From an uncultured Ignavibacteriales bacterium (GTDB taxonomy: Bacteria > Zixibacteria > MSB-5A5 > GN15 > FEB-12), in contig CAYXJN010000003.1 in NCBI GenBank assembly GCA_964464605.1, forward strand, positions 1-64,000: a stretch of DNA of 64,000 nucleotides, written 5' to 3'. The notes under the pieces are model-generated. The model made no database searches. It was not told where the DNA came from and worked only from the letters and a program-made list of their open reading frames with translations. This document shows positions 21,496 to 31,501 of this stretch, one piece after another. A program made the translations under genes and the position numbers. Within the stretch, counting starts at the first letter, position 1, and the number at the start of each line of letters is the position of its first letter.

Positions 21496-22581
21496 TTATT
21501 TTCTCACTCGCCAATAAATAATAATCGCAGTCAGTAAAAAGGCGGCATTCACTCCCCACACTGCTACTTCCTGCGGAATCTTCTCATTGTTTCCGGCAGA
21601 TTGTAGAATGCGGAACAGTACAAAGTATGACAATGAAATCGTCGCACCGAGGGCAAACGAAACGGCAATCCCTCCTTTACGCGGATTCGCCGCAAACGGA
21701 ATGGCGATTAACACCACGATTATCGATGTAAGTGGGTATGCTATTTTCAATCCGAGATCAATCGACTCCCGCGTATATCGCACGCCAACGCGCTTCATCA
21801 GTTGAATGTAATCTTTTAATTGCTCATACCCCATGTCTTCCGGCTTGCCGATTCGCTTTGCCAAATCTTCCGGTTTATCCTCTATATCCGGCAATTCCAA
21901 TTCACTGAACTGGGTATACGGCTTTTTGGAGGAATCATCGAAATAGCGAAGGATGCCGTCTTTGGCTATCCAGCGAAAACCTTCGTAGATCACCACCGGC
22001 GCAGTGATGAACTCTTTGAGTTTATTGTCCGCTGTTTTGTAGATTTTGATATCTTTTCCTTCGTTCCGTTCGACATCAAGTGAACCGATCGTGTAATAAT
22101 AGCCCGGTTTGATCTGCCGAAACGCATTGGTCACGGTGGTAAATGCCTTTTTCGAGCGGCGTTCGATGGTGAACTCTTTTATCTCAAGCCGTTTTTGATT
22201 GAGGGGCGGGTAAATATACTCGTTGTAATAAAAATGCGCCCCGGCCAAAAGCGTAACGGCGCAAAAATACGGAAGCGTTACCCGGTACAATGAAATCCCA
22301 GAGGCTTTCATCGCCAAAAATTCGTTTCGCTTGGCTAAAATCGACACCGAAAACAGCGTTGCCAGTAAAACAAAAACGGGGAAAAATGATTTGAGCACCC
22401 ATCCGCCGAAATAGGCATAGTACTCAAGTACTTCAAGAAACGGAACCTTATGATCAATAAAATCACGCAGTTGCTCGACCATGTTAATAGAAATAATCGT
22501 GAGCCCGATAGCGATAATCACCACTGACAGCGTGATGAAAAAGGAGCCGAGCAGATAACGGTCTATTTTTTTTAAAATCAG
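21496..22581 (-). CDS. lptG: LPS export ABC transporter permease LptG
   Basis: NEFLAMKASGISLYR and the LptF/G TM layout. The frame extends upstream of 22524 to CTG-ATT-TTA-AAA-AAA-ATA-GAC-CGT-TAT (xILKKIDRY). Confidence 0.88.
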   Translation of the reverse strand: MILKKIDRYLLGSFFITLSVVIIAIGLTIISINMVEQLRDFIDHKVPFLEVLEYYAYFGGWVLKSFFPVFVLLATLFSVSILAKRNEFLAMKASGISLYRVTLPYFCAVTLLAGAHFYYNEYIYPPLNQKRLEIKEFTIERRSKKAFTTVTNAFRQIKPGYYYTIGSLDVERNEGKDIKIYKTADNKLKEFITAPVVIYEGFRWIAKDGILRYFDDSSKKPYTQFSELELPDIEDKPEDLAKRIGKPEDMGYEQLKDYIQLMKRVGVRYTRESIDLGLKIAYPLTSIIVVLIAIPFAANPRKGGIAVSFALGATISLSYFVLFRILQSAGNNEKIPQEVAVWGVNAAFLLTAIIIYWRVRK

Positions 22582-23912
22582 GAGCGGTTTCCTTTCCTGC
22601 GCCAGAATGCGAATACCGGCCGCTCAGTAACCAAGATGAACAAGAGATATGAACCGACTAATCCCAAAAGAATATTCGCGCTCCACATTGCCCAGAACGG
22701 TGAAACTATCCCCCGCTCAGCCAAATCCTCTCCCCCTATCAAAAACGCCCAATAGACGATGAACAACAGAATTGAAATGGCGATTGCCACCCCCATCCCA
22801 CCGCGACGGGACAACATCCCCAAAGGGGCACCGATTAACATGAACGCAACCGAAGCCGCCGGGATGGAATATTTTTTAAAAATCTCAACTTCATACCTAT
22901 CTCCTACTTTTTCCTGAGACAGAATCTGCTGAACATGCCGCTGGATTTGCTGTTTCATCGCCAAGGCATCGATCCGTAGCGTTTCAATCGCCGCCGAATC
23001 CGTCTCTAAACTGTCATAGGGGAGCGCAACGGAATCGGAAAACAACGACACTAACCGCGTGTTGACACTGTTGCGTATCCGTTCACGAAATGGGCGAATC
23101 GTTTCAAGCGCGATGTTCACTTTTTCCTGCATTGACGCAATATTCATCTCCCGGTCGGTGCGATGCTCCGAGGTTGTCCGTACTAATCCGGTCTGGTTTC
23201 CTTCGATGTTGATGATCTGATTGGTGAAATTGACTTTCCGGTATTCTTGCGGCGACTGCAAATCGAGCGAATGAATTTCTCCGTCAAAGAGCGTGAACTT
23301 GAGATATTTCCCGTTATCAAGCACTTCCAAAAACCCGCGCGTCGCCACGATGATGCGCGGTTTGTTCGGGTCTTTCGTTTCGGTGATTCGCACTCCTTCG
23401 ATTTCGGAGGTCTGATGTTTAACGTTGTCGATCAAAATCAGATAACCGGGAACATCGGTGATGAACATGCCGGGGCGAAACACCAAAGTCGGTCGCATAG
23501 TGGTAATATCGCTCCAGAGCGTTCGCGCCCGTTTGTTCAAATCAGGAAGAATTTTATCGTTGAACTGAATCATTCCGTACGTGAGCATGCCGGCTGCTAT
23601 CAGCAACGGTACCATCACCCGCATCAGGTTTATTCCCGACGCCTTAATCGCAATAATCTCAAAATCGGAAGTCAGCCGCCCGAACGCCATCAACGTTGCG
23701 ACAAGTACCGACATCGGAATCGATAATGCCAGCATCCAGGCCAAATTCAGCCCGACCAGTTCAATCACCACCGCCCAGGGGAGGTTTTTGTCGAGTACCT
23801 GGTCGATAATGCGGGGCACATAATCAATAATGAGCAAAAATGTGATAGTGAAAAAGGCGAAGATAAACGGAGCGAGATGCTCCTTAAGAATATAGCGGGT
23901 AAGTATTTTCAT
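22578..23912 (-). CDS. lptF: LPS export ABC transporter permease LptF
   Basis: MKILTRYILKE, FGRLTSDFEIIAIKASGI, KKYSIP, GAPLG, AMWSANI. Confidence 0.9.
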   Translation of the reverse strand: MKILTRYILKEHLAPFIFAFFTITFLLIIDYVPRIIDQVLDKNLPWAVVIELVGLNLAWMLALSIPMSVLVATLMAFGRLTSDFEIIAIKASGINLMRVMVPLLIAAGMLTYGMIQFNDKILPDLNKRARTLWSDITTMRPTLVFRPGMFITDVPGYLILIDNVKHQTSEIEGVRITETKDPNKPRIIVATRGFLEVLDNGKYLKFTLFDGEIHSLDLQSPQEYRKVNFTNQIINIEGNQTGLVRTTSEHRTDREMNIASMQEKVNIALETIRPFRERIRNSVNTRLVSLFSDSVALPYDSLETDSAAIETLRIDALAMKQQIQRHVQQILSQEKVGDRYEVEIFKKYSIPAASVAFMLIGAPLGMLSRRGGMGVAIAISILLFIVYWAFLIGGEDLAERGIVSPFWAMWSANILLGLVGSYLLFILVTERPVFAFWRRKGNRS

Positions 23913-24005
23913 AGTCGCAGGGCGAATATATCGCTTATACCCCCGGCGGCAACGTTTTAGTTCCCGCCCCTTTGCGCCTGAACGAGGATGATATATATTA
24001 CGGTG

Positions 24006-24965
24006 ATGGGTAATATTCGCATTAAAGATCTGGCAATCGACACAACGGCGGAGGGGTTTTACATCGTCCGCAAAAAAGATATCCGTGAATTTACGCGAGG
24101 ACAGTTTGTCACGCTTGAACTCGGCGACAACAGCGGACGGATCAACGGCGTTATCTGGGAACCGGATACGTTCACGCTCACCGATTTAGCCGAAGGAATG
24201 ATTATCAAAGTCCGCGGACAGGTCGGCGAATATAACGGTAAAAAACAACTGCGTATCGAACGGATTCGTTTAGCGAAAGAAGATGAATACAAAATCGAAG
24301 AACTTCTCCCCCACTCTGCACAAACACTGGAACACCGTCGCGCGCGAGTTAATGATCTGACTGAAAAAATTCAAAACAGCTATATCAAATCGTTAGCGCA
24401 GTCATTCACGCAAGATGAAACCTTTATGAATCTCTACCTGACTGCCCCGGCCGGAAAGTTGTGGCATCACGCCACTATCGGCGGACTGTCAGAACATTCA
24501 GCGAATGTTGCCGAGTTGACCTTGCGCGTGGCGTCTGGATACGATTTTTTGAACACCGATTACCTGATTTTCGGCGGGATTTTTCATGATGCCGGAAAAA
24601 TCAGATCGTACACGACCGATATGGTTATCGACTACACCGATGAAGGGCGTTTGCTTGATCACATCGTGATGGCTGATGCCTGGATTTGCCAACGGGCGGC
24701 ATCGATTCCGACCTTTCCCGACGCCTTACTCACCAAACTTCGGCATATGATTTTGTCGCATCATGGAGAACGGGCTAACGGTTCGCCGGTGGTACCGCAG
24801 ATGCCGGAAGCATTTGTGTTGTATTACTGCGATGAAATCGACTCTAAAATGGGGGCTATTGAGCGGATTCGTGACCGATTCGACGGGAAAGGCTGGTCGG
24901 ATTATGTCAAAGTCCTCGACCGTTTCCTCTATTTCGGCGACAGCGACGGAACTTCAAAACAATAG
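24006..24965 (+). CDS. yhaM: OB-fold/HD-domain 3'-5' exoribonuclease, YhaM family
   Basis: N-terminal OB fold, PA.KLWHH...GGL.EHS, FHDAGK, ILSHHG, DEIDSKM. Start is probably ATG 24006 (track gives 23988). Confidence 0.88.
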   Translation: MGNIRIKDLAIDTTAEGFYIVRKKDIREFTRGQFVTLELGDNSGRINGVIWEPDTFTLTDLAEGMIIKVRGQVGEYNGKKQLRIERIRLAKEDEYKIEELLPHSAQTLEHRRARVNDLTEKIQNSYIKSLAQSFTQDETFMNLYLTAPAGKLWHHATIGGLSEHSANVAELTLRVASGYDFLNTDYLIFGGIFHDAGKIRSYTTDMVIDYTDEGRLLDHIVMADAWICQRAASIPTFPDALLTKLRHMILSHHGERANGSPVVPQMPEAFVLYYCDEIDSKMGAIERIRDRFDGKGWSDYVKVLDRFLYFGDSDGTSKQ

Positions 24966-25149
24966 TCTTGTAGGTCGGCGTTTCGAGTTTTGCGAGAAAC
25001 CCGACAATTTCTAAATATCGTGCGTGGCGTACGTCCCCGTGCGCCACGATCCTTGCGCAAATTACCTATTTCCGATTCCGCTTTTCTTTTGGCCGTTCAC
25101 CGCATACATTCGGGCTTCCGGTACGGCAAAAAACCGGACACAGTATCAC

Positions 25150-25238
25150 GGAGAGATGGCCGAGTGGTTTAAGGCGCACGCCTGGAAAGCGTGTAAGGCT
25201 AATACCCTTCCAGGGTTCGAATCCCTGTCTCTCCGCCA
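25150..25238 (+). tRNA. tRNA-Ser(GGA) with encoded CCA; island integration site
   Basis: GGAGAGA/TCTCTCC acceptor stem, CACGC-ctGGAaa-GCGTG anticodon arm, long variable arm, GGTTCGAATCC, ends GCCA. Confidence 0.97.
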
Positions 25239-25242
25239 TAAA
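25219..25242 (+). repeat. attL core, 24-bp direct repeat
   Basis: GAATCCCTGTCTCTCCGCCATAAA, identical to 54647-54670. Confidence 0.95.
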
Positions 25243-25267
25243 TTCTGAGCTTATCTTAACTTCCATA

Positions 25268-25296
25268 TTGACAACAGATTACCTTTTCGCTATCTT
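25268..25296 (+). promoter_or_regulatory. Integrase promoter
   Basis: TTGACA-N17-TATCTT. Confidence 0.65.
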
Positions 25297-25344
25297 AGAG
25301 CGTTCGCTTGAGGATGCTAAACTGAAGCTAAAAGAAAGTCGATT

Positions 25345-26493
25345 ATGGCAAGTGTTTTTCCGAAAACGATAGTCAGCAAGAAAACAGGCAAGACAAATAC
25401 CAAGTGGTACGTCGGCTATTATCAAGATGGCAAGCATCGATCCAAGTCCGCAGGTGATTCTAAGACTGTTGCTCTGAAATTGAAGAAGCGAATCGAAGCA
25501 GAACTTGAAACCGGCAAATATGAATTCTTAAGTCAGCCATCCTCAGTACGAATCGACCATTCAATTGCCCAGTTTCTTGACCAAACCCAGCAACTAAGAA
25601 AAACTCGTAGCTTCATGCGCTACCGAAACGCACTCGATCATTTGAGAAGCTTCCTTGACTATCGCCACCCGAACTTGATAGTCGTATCCAAATTGGCTCA
25701 GAGTCATTTTATCGAGTACCAATCTTGGCGGCGCTCTCAAGAGATTTTCGCCAATGGTCGAAACGGTGCCGTAAAGGCACCTACCTTCAAGACAATCAAT
25801 GTCGAGCTTGCCATCTTTCGCACGTGGCTCAACTGGGCGCTTCAATCAGCACAAGTGCGCCAGAATCCGCTTAGCGGTTGGAAATCTCTCAAAACAACCG
25901 ATTCAAAAGCCCGACGCGTGCTCACTCGTGAAGAGTTTGAAATGCTTTTTCAAGCATCGCAAAGTATCGAGAAGGCGCGACCGGAACGAAAAGGTCAATC
26001 CACCATCTGGCGATTCTTGGTCAACACTGGGCTTCGGATTGACGAGCTGATACATTTGCAGTGGAAAGATATCAACTGGAGCAGGGGAGTAATTCTCGTT
26101 CAACGCAAACCATTTTGGGATCCAAAAACGTATGGCCGCGAAGTTCCATTCACGCCAGCATCTGAGGCAATCCTGACGGAATTGCGGTCTGCCGGTACCA
26201 AAGCAGACGACTTCGTTTTCCTTAGCCCTCGCAGCCAAAAGCAACTTCGTCAAACTGTAATTCGGCGCTGGCTACTAGATTGTGCGACCGAAGCCGAGAT
26301 CGACGGCCTGCGCGGCCCACACGACCTCCGGCACACGTTTATCACTTGGGGATTGACTGAGTTCGGGATTGATATACCAACAATGCAGAAAATTGCTGGG
26401 CACCGTCATTTGGAAACGACACAGATTTATGTGCATCCCACTACATCTCATGCAAAGGATGCGATGAAGCGCTTTGGCCAGAGTCCGAAATAA
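25345..26493 (+). CDS. Tyrosine recombinase/integrase
   Basis: Catalytic residues in TGLR, PKT, HDLRH and GH...TQIY; N-terminal arm-binding-like region. Confidence 0.95.
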   Translation: MASVFPKTIVSKKTGKTNTKWYVGYYQDGKHRSKSAGDSKTVALKLKKRIEAELETGKYEFLSQPSSVRIDHSIAQFLDQTQQLRKTRSFMRYRNALDHLRSFLDYRHPNLIVVSKLAQSHFIEYQSWRRSQEIFANGRNGAVKAPTFKTINVELAIFRTWLNWALQSAQVRQNPLSGWKSLKTTDSKARRVLTREEFEMLFQASQSIEKARPERKGQSTIWRFLVNTGLRIDELIHLQWKDINWSRGVILVQRKPFWDPKTYGREVPFTPASEAILTELRSAGTKADDFVFLSPRSQKQLRQTVIRRWLLDCATEAEIDGLRGPHDLRHTFITWGLTEFGIDIPTMQKIAGHRHLETTQIYVHPTTSHAKDAMKRFGQSPK

Positions 26494-26680
26494 TTGCTCC
26501 CTTCAAGACATTCTTTACCCGTTTCTTCTCCAGCCACTTATCCACTTCCGACTGTCGAAACCGATATGAATCCCCAACTTTGAAACAGGGAATAGTACCT
26601 TCTCTTGCCCAACACCAAACTGTTTGGATATTCACGCCAAGATAACTACAAACATCCTTGGCCGTCCAAAGGGTACTCAT
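26441..26680 (-). CDS. Excisionase-like HTH DNA-binding protein
   Basis: LWTAKDVCSYLGVNIQTVWCWAREGTIPCFKVGDSYRFRQSEVDKWL (HTH_17/Xis pattern); convergent with the integrase. Confidence 0.88.
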   Translation of the reverse strand: MSTLWTAKDVCSYLGVNIQTVWCWAREGTIPCFKVGDSYRFRQSEVDKWLEKKRVKNVLKGAIISDSGQSASSHPLHEM

Positions 26681-28611
26681 ATAATTTCGCCCCCCTGTAC
26701 TAAGGAGTACCGAATCGCGAGCCCACCTCGACCAACAGTGGGTTTTTCTCGTACAGATTTGATCACACCCTGCTTAGTCATTGCTTTCAAAACATGAACT
26801 AACTGCTTTGGAGTTATTTCTTGGACTTGTCCCAATTCTACCAGCTCTTGCCGAGTACAGCTACCCGATTCACCAGAAAGGGCCTCAAGTATGACTTCTT
26901 TTACATGGCCGTATTTTGATCGCTCCCTGCGTTCCTCAGAATCGCCTGAGTATCTAACCTCCGTAGAGTCTGCGTCCGTGTCGACTATCTCAAAATCGAA
27001 ATCGTCAATCTCTTTACCGAATCGAGATTTAACATGCTTCACGGTCAATTCACCCGAAGCGCGCTTTTGTAGTACGAGTATTGAGTCGGAAAATGCGAGC
27101 TTTTCAGAGCTACCGCGGACAAGATGCTCAGGACTCATAGGAAGTGCACTCGGCTTTCTATGATGGTCAGCAATTACTACTGTTCGATTTGAGCCTCGAA
27201 CCAGTTCCTTTACTTTGGAGAAAACGGCTGCCATCGCTACCGATGAGTTCTCATCAGCCCGGTGAACTCGTACTAGGGAATCAATTATTATAAGACTTGG
27301 CTTTAATTCTTCTACGGCTGAAACTAAGAGTGCAAAGGCATCTTCATTGTCGAACAAGACTCCCTGTTGGACTGCAAACTCTATTGGGAGGCCACTTGTG
27401 GTGTCAAGTAAGCGCCCAGCGCACATTTTGGTCAGTCTTTCGGTTAGTAGACGTTCCGAGCTCTCTTCGTCAATTATGAGAACGCTTCCTTGCTGGCATT
27501 CAATCTGACCAAGCCATTTTGTGCCAGTGGCAACGGCAATTGCCAAATCGAGTAGCATCCAAGTCTTGCCACATCCACCCGGCCCCGAAACCGTTACTAC
27601 CCCCTGAGCAGGCGCAATCTGGTCAACCGCCCAAATAGGTTCTTCGTACTTTTTTCCAACAAGTTGCCCAAAAGAGACAGTTTTGATGCCCCGCGACCCG
27701 TTTTCCAGTTTCTCTCTATATATAGAGTGGGAATTGGAAATTGGGTCATTTGGCAAATATCTGTCCACTAATCCTGTAACAAGGTCGGTCAGTTCACTCT
27801 CGGGAAATCCACATTCTCGTGCTTTTGGTAAAAGCAAAACCAGAATATCTCCTGCTTCCCAGCCATCCCTCCTAAGCCTACCAGCAATCTTGGCGAAAGA
27901 CACATTCCGATTGCCTTCCTGCATATGGTTTAAGGTTTTCGATATCCATCCTAAGCCGTTTCGGACAGTCCGCGAGGGTAACACCTCTTGGGTTGGCAAT
28001 GATTCAAAGTCGATCAGCGAATATCTACGATCCGGTTCAAACTTGACCAAGTTTACTGGTACGGGTTGCTCTGGATTTTTCCAGTTGTAGCTTCCAGGCA
28101 GACGCAGTATCCGAGCCACTTCTGCCACACTGCTATCTCCACCAACGACCCCTGCCAAACGCCGAAGCAGTGATTCGAGATACTCCCTCTTTTCCACATC
28201 AGCGATATCTTCTGGCTCATGCAGCAACCAGTATCCATGATAACCGTTTCCAGAATCCACGATTAATGATGGAGGCAACGGACATCCTGTAAGCATCGAC
28301 AGCGCCTTTGTCTTGTCACCGCCAAAATCCTTTGCATCCACATCAGACCAAAGCGTAGTAACTGTTTTCACTCCTTCCTTTGTCCCAAAGCGGCCCTTCC
28401 GCGGACAAGCCCCGAAAAACACATCACTCTCTAGCTTGTCCAATTCAAGAGGAAAACGACTCGCATCAAACCGATCTCGAAGTGAAATCCATTCTCTAGT
28501 ACACCGACCATCCTTGTCGAATGTGCGGAATTCCAATTCACCAAGATCTGACGTTGAAAATATTGCCTGTAGAAATTCTGTAGCCGTAGCTTTGCGATTA
28601 GATTTTAACAC
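26677..28611 (-). CDS. RepB-type primase fused to PriCT-like and AAA_25 (RepA-like) helicase domains
   Basis: LWSDVD, PSLIVDSGNGYHGYW, RILRLPGS.N.K, EGNRN, Walker A GPGGCGKT, IIDSL, HHRK, RGSS. Confidence 0.88.
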   Translation of the reverse strand: MLKSNRKATATEFLQAIFSTSDLGELEFRTFDKDGRCTREWISLRDRFDASRFPLELDKLESDVFFGACPRKGRFGTKEGVKTVTTLWSDVDAKDFGGDKTKALSMLTGCPLPPSLIVDSGNGYHGYWLLHEPEDIADVEKREYLESLLRRLAGVVGGDSSVAEVARILRLPGSYNWKNPEQPVPVNLVKFEPDRRYSLIDFESLPTQEVLPSRTVRNGLGWISKTLNHMQEGNRNVSFAKIAGRLRRDGWEAGDILVLLLPKARECGFPESELTDLVTGLVDRYLPNDPISNSHSIYREKLENGSRGIKTVSFGQLVGKKYEEPIWAVDQIAPAQGVVTVSGPGGCGKTWMLLDLAIAVATGTKWLGQIECQQGSVLIIDEESSERLLTERLTKMCAGRLLDTTSGLPIEFAVQQGVLFDNEDAFALLVSAVEELKPSLIIIDSLVRVHRADENSSVAMAAVFSKVKELVRGSNRTVVIADHHRKPSALPMSPEHLVRGSSEKLAFSDSILVLQKRASGELTVKHVKSRFGKEIDDFDFEIVDTDADSTEVRYSGDSEERRERSKYGHVKEVILEALSGESGSCTRQELVELGQVQEITPKQLVHVLKAMTKQGVIKSVREKPTVGRGGLAIRYSLVQGGEII

Positions 28612-28805
28612 GTGAAAACCTCAAAAATAGCGTTGTAATTTCCCGCGCTTTAGCGCGGATTGACGCCGCTATAATTGGAACAATGGGGGGGCGAACTCGG
28701 TGGCTATCTGGTGTACAATTTGGGTTTTTTTATGTTCATAGGTTGGGAATCGATAGCAATCATGATTTAGTAAGAATACCTACTTAGGCAATAATCCAGA
28801 AAACA

Positions 28806-30395
28806 CTACAAATTCATCTGCCAATATCCCCTTGGCGAACGTTTGAAAAGTGCTTTGGTGGCTTCTTTATTTCTAAATACATCTCTAAACCTACTTCTGT
28901 TGTCATTCCTTCCGGCCTTGCGTTGATACTTTCTATTCAAATGAATAAAGATGTCAACTAGTGACTGCTCTGGGGTTCCGTTTTGCCATTGTTCGTGAAG
29001 GAACTTCGTTACTTGTGCTTCCAGCGGCGTTAAATTGAATGATTGGCCGCGAATTTTTACGGATCGATACGTTGTGTTGTATATGAAATCCCTATGCATT
29101 CCCTTTTTGACTTCCGGCGACTTTACCGACTTAACTTTGTCTAACACTTTGCGTTCTAACAAAATTTCCTTTCGCTCTCGGTACCATTCCGGCCATTCTG
29201 CATGAAGTAGATGCATCCGTCCGGCTATTTCAGCTAGCTTGGTGAGGAGTTTTGACTTTGCAGGAATTTCCCAAACGGTGCGGTATCTGATGGCTGGGAC
29301 GCTCAGCCCTCCATCCGATATTTCCATCGGAAAGTCCCTCTTGATACTGTCCAGCATACCTGTCATAAGTTCATGTTCAAAGAGGTATGCGAACAAAAGC
29401 AAAGACGTTAAGGATCCGGGTGTGTGAGTTTCATTGTAGAGTAATGGCGTGAGAGTTATATTGAGGCCATCATCGGCGTCGTACCACAACTTATCATTTT
29501 GTAATAGAATTTTCATTTCTTTCGCTTGAACTTGGTCTTTAATACGCTCTACAACGCTTTTGGAAATCGAACTATTACCGGAAAGCATCGCTTGTTGCGC
29601 ATCTCCTAAGACCTTTTGTCTAACCCGATACAGGGGTTCTCGGAGCAACTCTAATCTGCACAGTGTTTGGAAATCAATTCCATCTATAGTCGGTGCCTGT
29701 TCGTAGCTTAGCGGTTCGATGGGCACGCCAGGTGCAAGTTCCAAGCAACAATTTTTGGTGATTCCATATCCATTTGAGAAGCCTAAATAGTCCGAATTAC
29801 GAGATAATAGAGCAGCAGTCGGCACGTCCGATGTCTCGGGTGATTGCCAAATATACCGGATATTCATCCGTTTTGTGTGTGTGACTTTCCTTTGGGTAAA
29901 TACAGGAAAGCGGGTCTGCAATAGGTGGCCGAATAGCCGATAAAGCCAGTTAGAGCCTTGTGGAACAAAGGTCGAATATCCAGTTTCAATTAGGTGTGAC
30001 CTGTCTCGCAATTGCTGGTGTCTGAATTTGGTTATTGAATCTTGCAATTCTGTGCGTGTGAACAATGGAAAAAGATCTGAATAGAGGGCTGCTAACCCAT
30101 ACCATTGAGGCAATATCTGCCTGAAGTCGCATTGCTCGATTCGTGCTACTATATCATTTGGACGAATGCTGACACCGGCTTCCTCTATCAGTGAACGCAG
30201 TGTTTCAATTACATCACTTTCCGGAACGTCATACTCTGCCTTACCTATCGCTTCTTTAAGATCGGCGCGGTTTAGCCAATTACTGAGAGCTGAATCTGCA
30301 ACGTCTTCAGCGAGAATTGATTTACGGTAGCTCCAAGTAACTCGCTCCGATCTTGTCTTATTAGGTTTGGCTTTCCTTTTCACAGCTGTAACCAT
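28806..30395 (-). CDS. Hypothetical protein with a probable C-terminal winged-helix domain
   Basis: 529-aa ORF ending YRSVKIRGQSFNLTPLEAQVTKFLHEQWQNGTP...RFRDVFR...RGYWQMNL. Confidence 0.6.
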   Translation of the reverse strand: MVTAVKRKAKPNKTRSERVTWSYRKSILAEDVADSALSNWLNRADLKEAIGKAEYDVPESDVIETLRSLIEEAGVSIRPNDIVARIEQCDFRQILPQWYGLAALYSDLFPLFTRTELQDSITKFRHQQLRDRSHLIETGYSTFVPQGSNWLYRLFGHLLQTRFPVFTQRKVTHTKRMNIRYIWQSPETSDVPTAALLSRNSDYLGFSNGYGITKNCCLELAPGVPIEPLSYEQAPTIDGIDFQTLCRLELLREPLYRVRQKVLGDAQQAMLSGNSSISKSVVERIKDQVQAKEMKILLQNDKLWYDADDGLNITLTPLLYNETHTPGSLTSLLLFAYLFEHELMTGMLDSIKRDFPMEISDGGLSVPAIRYRTVWEIPAKSKLLTKLAEIAGRMHLLHAEWPEWYRERKEILLERKVLDKVKSVKSPEVKKGMHRDFIYNTTYRSVKIRGQSFNLTPLEAQVTKFLHEQWQNGTPEQSLVDIFIHLNRKYQRKAGRNDNRSRFRDVFRNKEATKALFKRSPRGYWQMNL

Positions 30396-30568
30396 TTTAT
30401 TAGGTTGAAATATCTACCGCCCATACTAAGACAAACTGTAACAAACTTCGCACTAAGAAAAGTATTTTTTGTGATGAAATTTCATGTCGAATTCGTCCAT
30501 TTTCGCACTCCTTTTGTCACACAATCGGTTATAATTATTCGGAAGCGCCCTATTGTTCATGGAGGACT

Positions 30569-31501
30569 ATGAAGACACTCGAGGTAACCGCGATTTCTGA
30601 TATCCGAAAGCAGACAAACCGCCAAAACTCCCTATCCTCAACTGGCCCGGTAACTGTCGCCGGTAAACAGAAATCCCGTTGGAACGCCGTCAAACACGGC
30701 CTGTTAGTGCGTGACGTTGCTGTTAGCGTCGGCGACTCGCCAGAATCAAAAAAAGACTTAACGGTCTTACACACGGCTTTACGGGCAGATTTTAATCCAG
30801 TTGGTACAATCGAAGAAATGTTAGTCGAACGAATCGCCGTTTCTTATTGGCGACTGAGTAGGTGCGTCCGCGCTGAATCAGGTGAAATTGCAATAGAGTC
30901 TGCCGGGAAATCCCACGAGTATTACCGCAACATGTCAGATGAAGTTGAAAGTATAGAAGATCGGGTGTACTTGGAACGCACCTTTTCCTCATATCGCAAA
31001 TCCTCATTTGGACTTATGCACGTGATAAGGCACTTAGAGCGTTTGCGTGAAGATGTTGAGTGCAAAGAGGATTTGGATGATAAAGAGTTCGAGAAACTGT
31101 TAACCTTGTACGGTCGCAAGGAGCAATCACTCGGTTTTAGGCTAAAAATGATGTCTTTGATCATGAAAGAACATGAATCGAAGCAGACTCATGAGTCAAA
31201 AAGCCGAAAACGGCGAACAAAAGGCTTGGTTAAGATAATGCTTGAGACAATTGACGCCGAAATCAAACGGTGCAAAGACTGCTTGGATGAGGTTTCAGAG
31301 GTCGAAAATACGCGCTTGGAAGCTAGCCTCAAAACTGCGGCGGTACCCCCTATTCAATGTATCGAGAAACTGCTTCGCTATGAATCAGCCATCGAACGCC
31401 AGCTATACAAAGCCCTCGACCAACTCGAAAGACTGCAACGCCAAAGAAAAGGGGATTACGTGCCGCCACCAGTCCAATTGGGAGTTTCGTTAGAAAGTTA
31501 A
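30569..31501 (+). CDS. Conserved hypothetical protein with an N.QN...STGP.T..GK..SR.NA.KHG motif
   Basis: GGAGG SD, N-terminal STGP motif, EEMLVERIA..YWRL.R, LLRYE..IERQLYKAL..LERLQ. Confidence 0.7.
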   Translation: MKTLEVTAISDIRKQTNRQNSLSSTGPVTVAGKQKSRWNAVKHGLLVRDVAVSVGDSPESKKDLTVLHTALRADFNPVGTIEEMLVERIAVSYWRLSRCVRAESGEIAIESAGKSHEYYRNMSDEVESIEDRVYLERTFSSYRKSSFGLMHVIRHLERLREDVECKEDLDDKEFEKLLTLYGRKEQSLGFRLKMMSLIMKEHESKQTHESKSRKRRTKGLVKIMLETIDAEIKRCKDCLDEVSEVENTRLEASLKTAAVPPIQCIEKLLRYESAIERQLYKALDQLERLQRQRKGDYVPPPVQLGVSLES

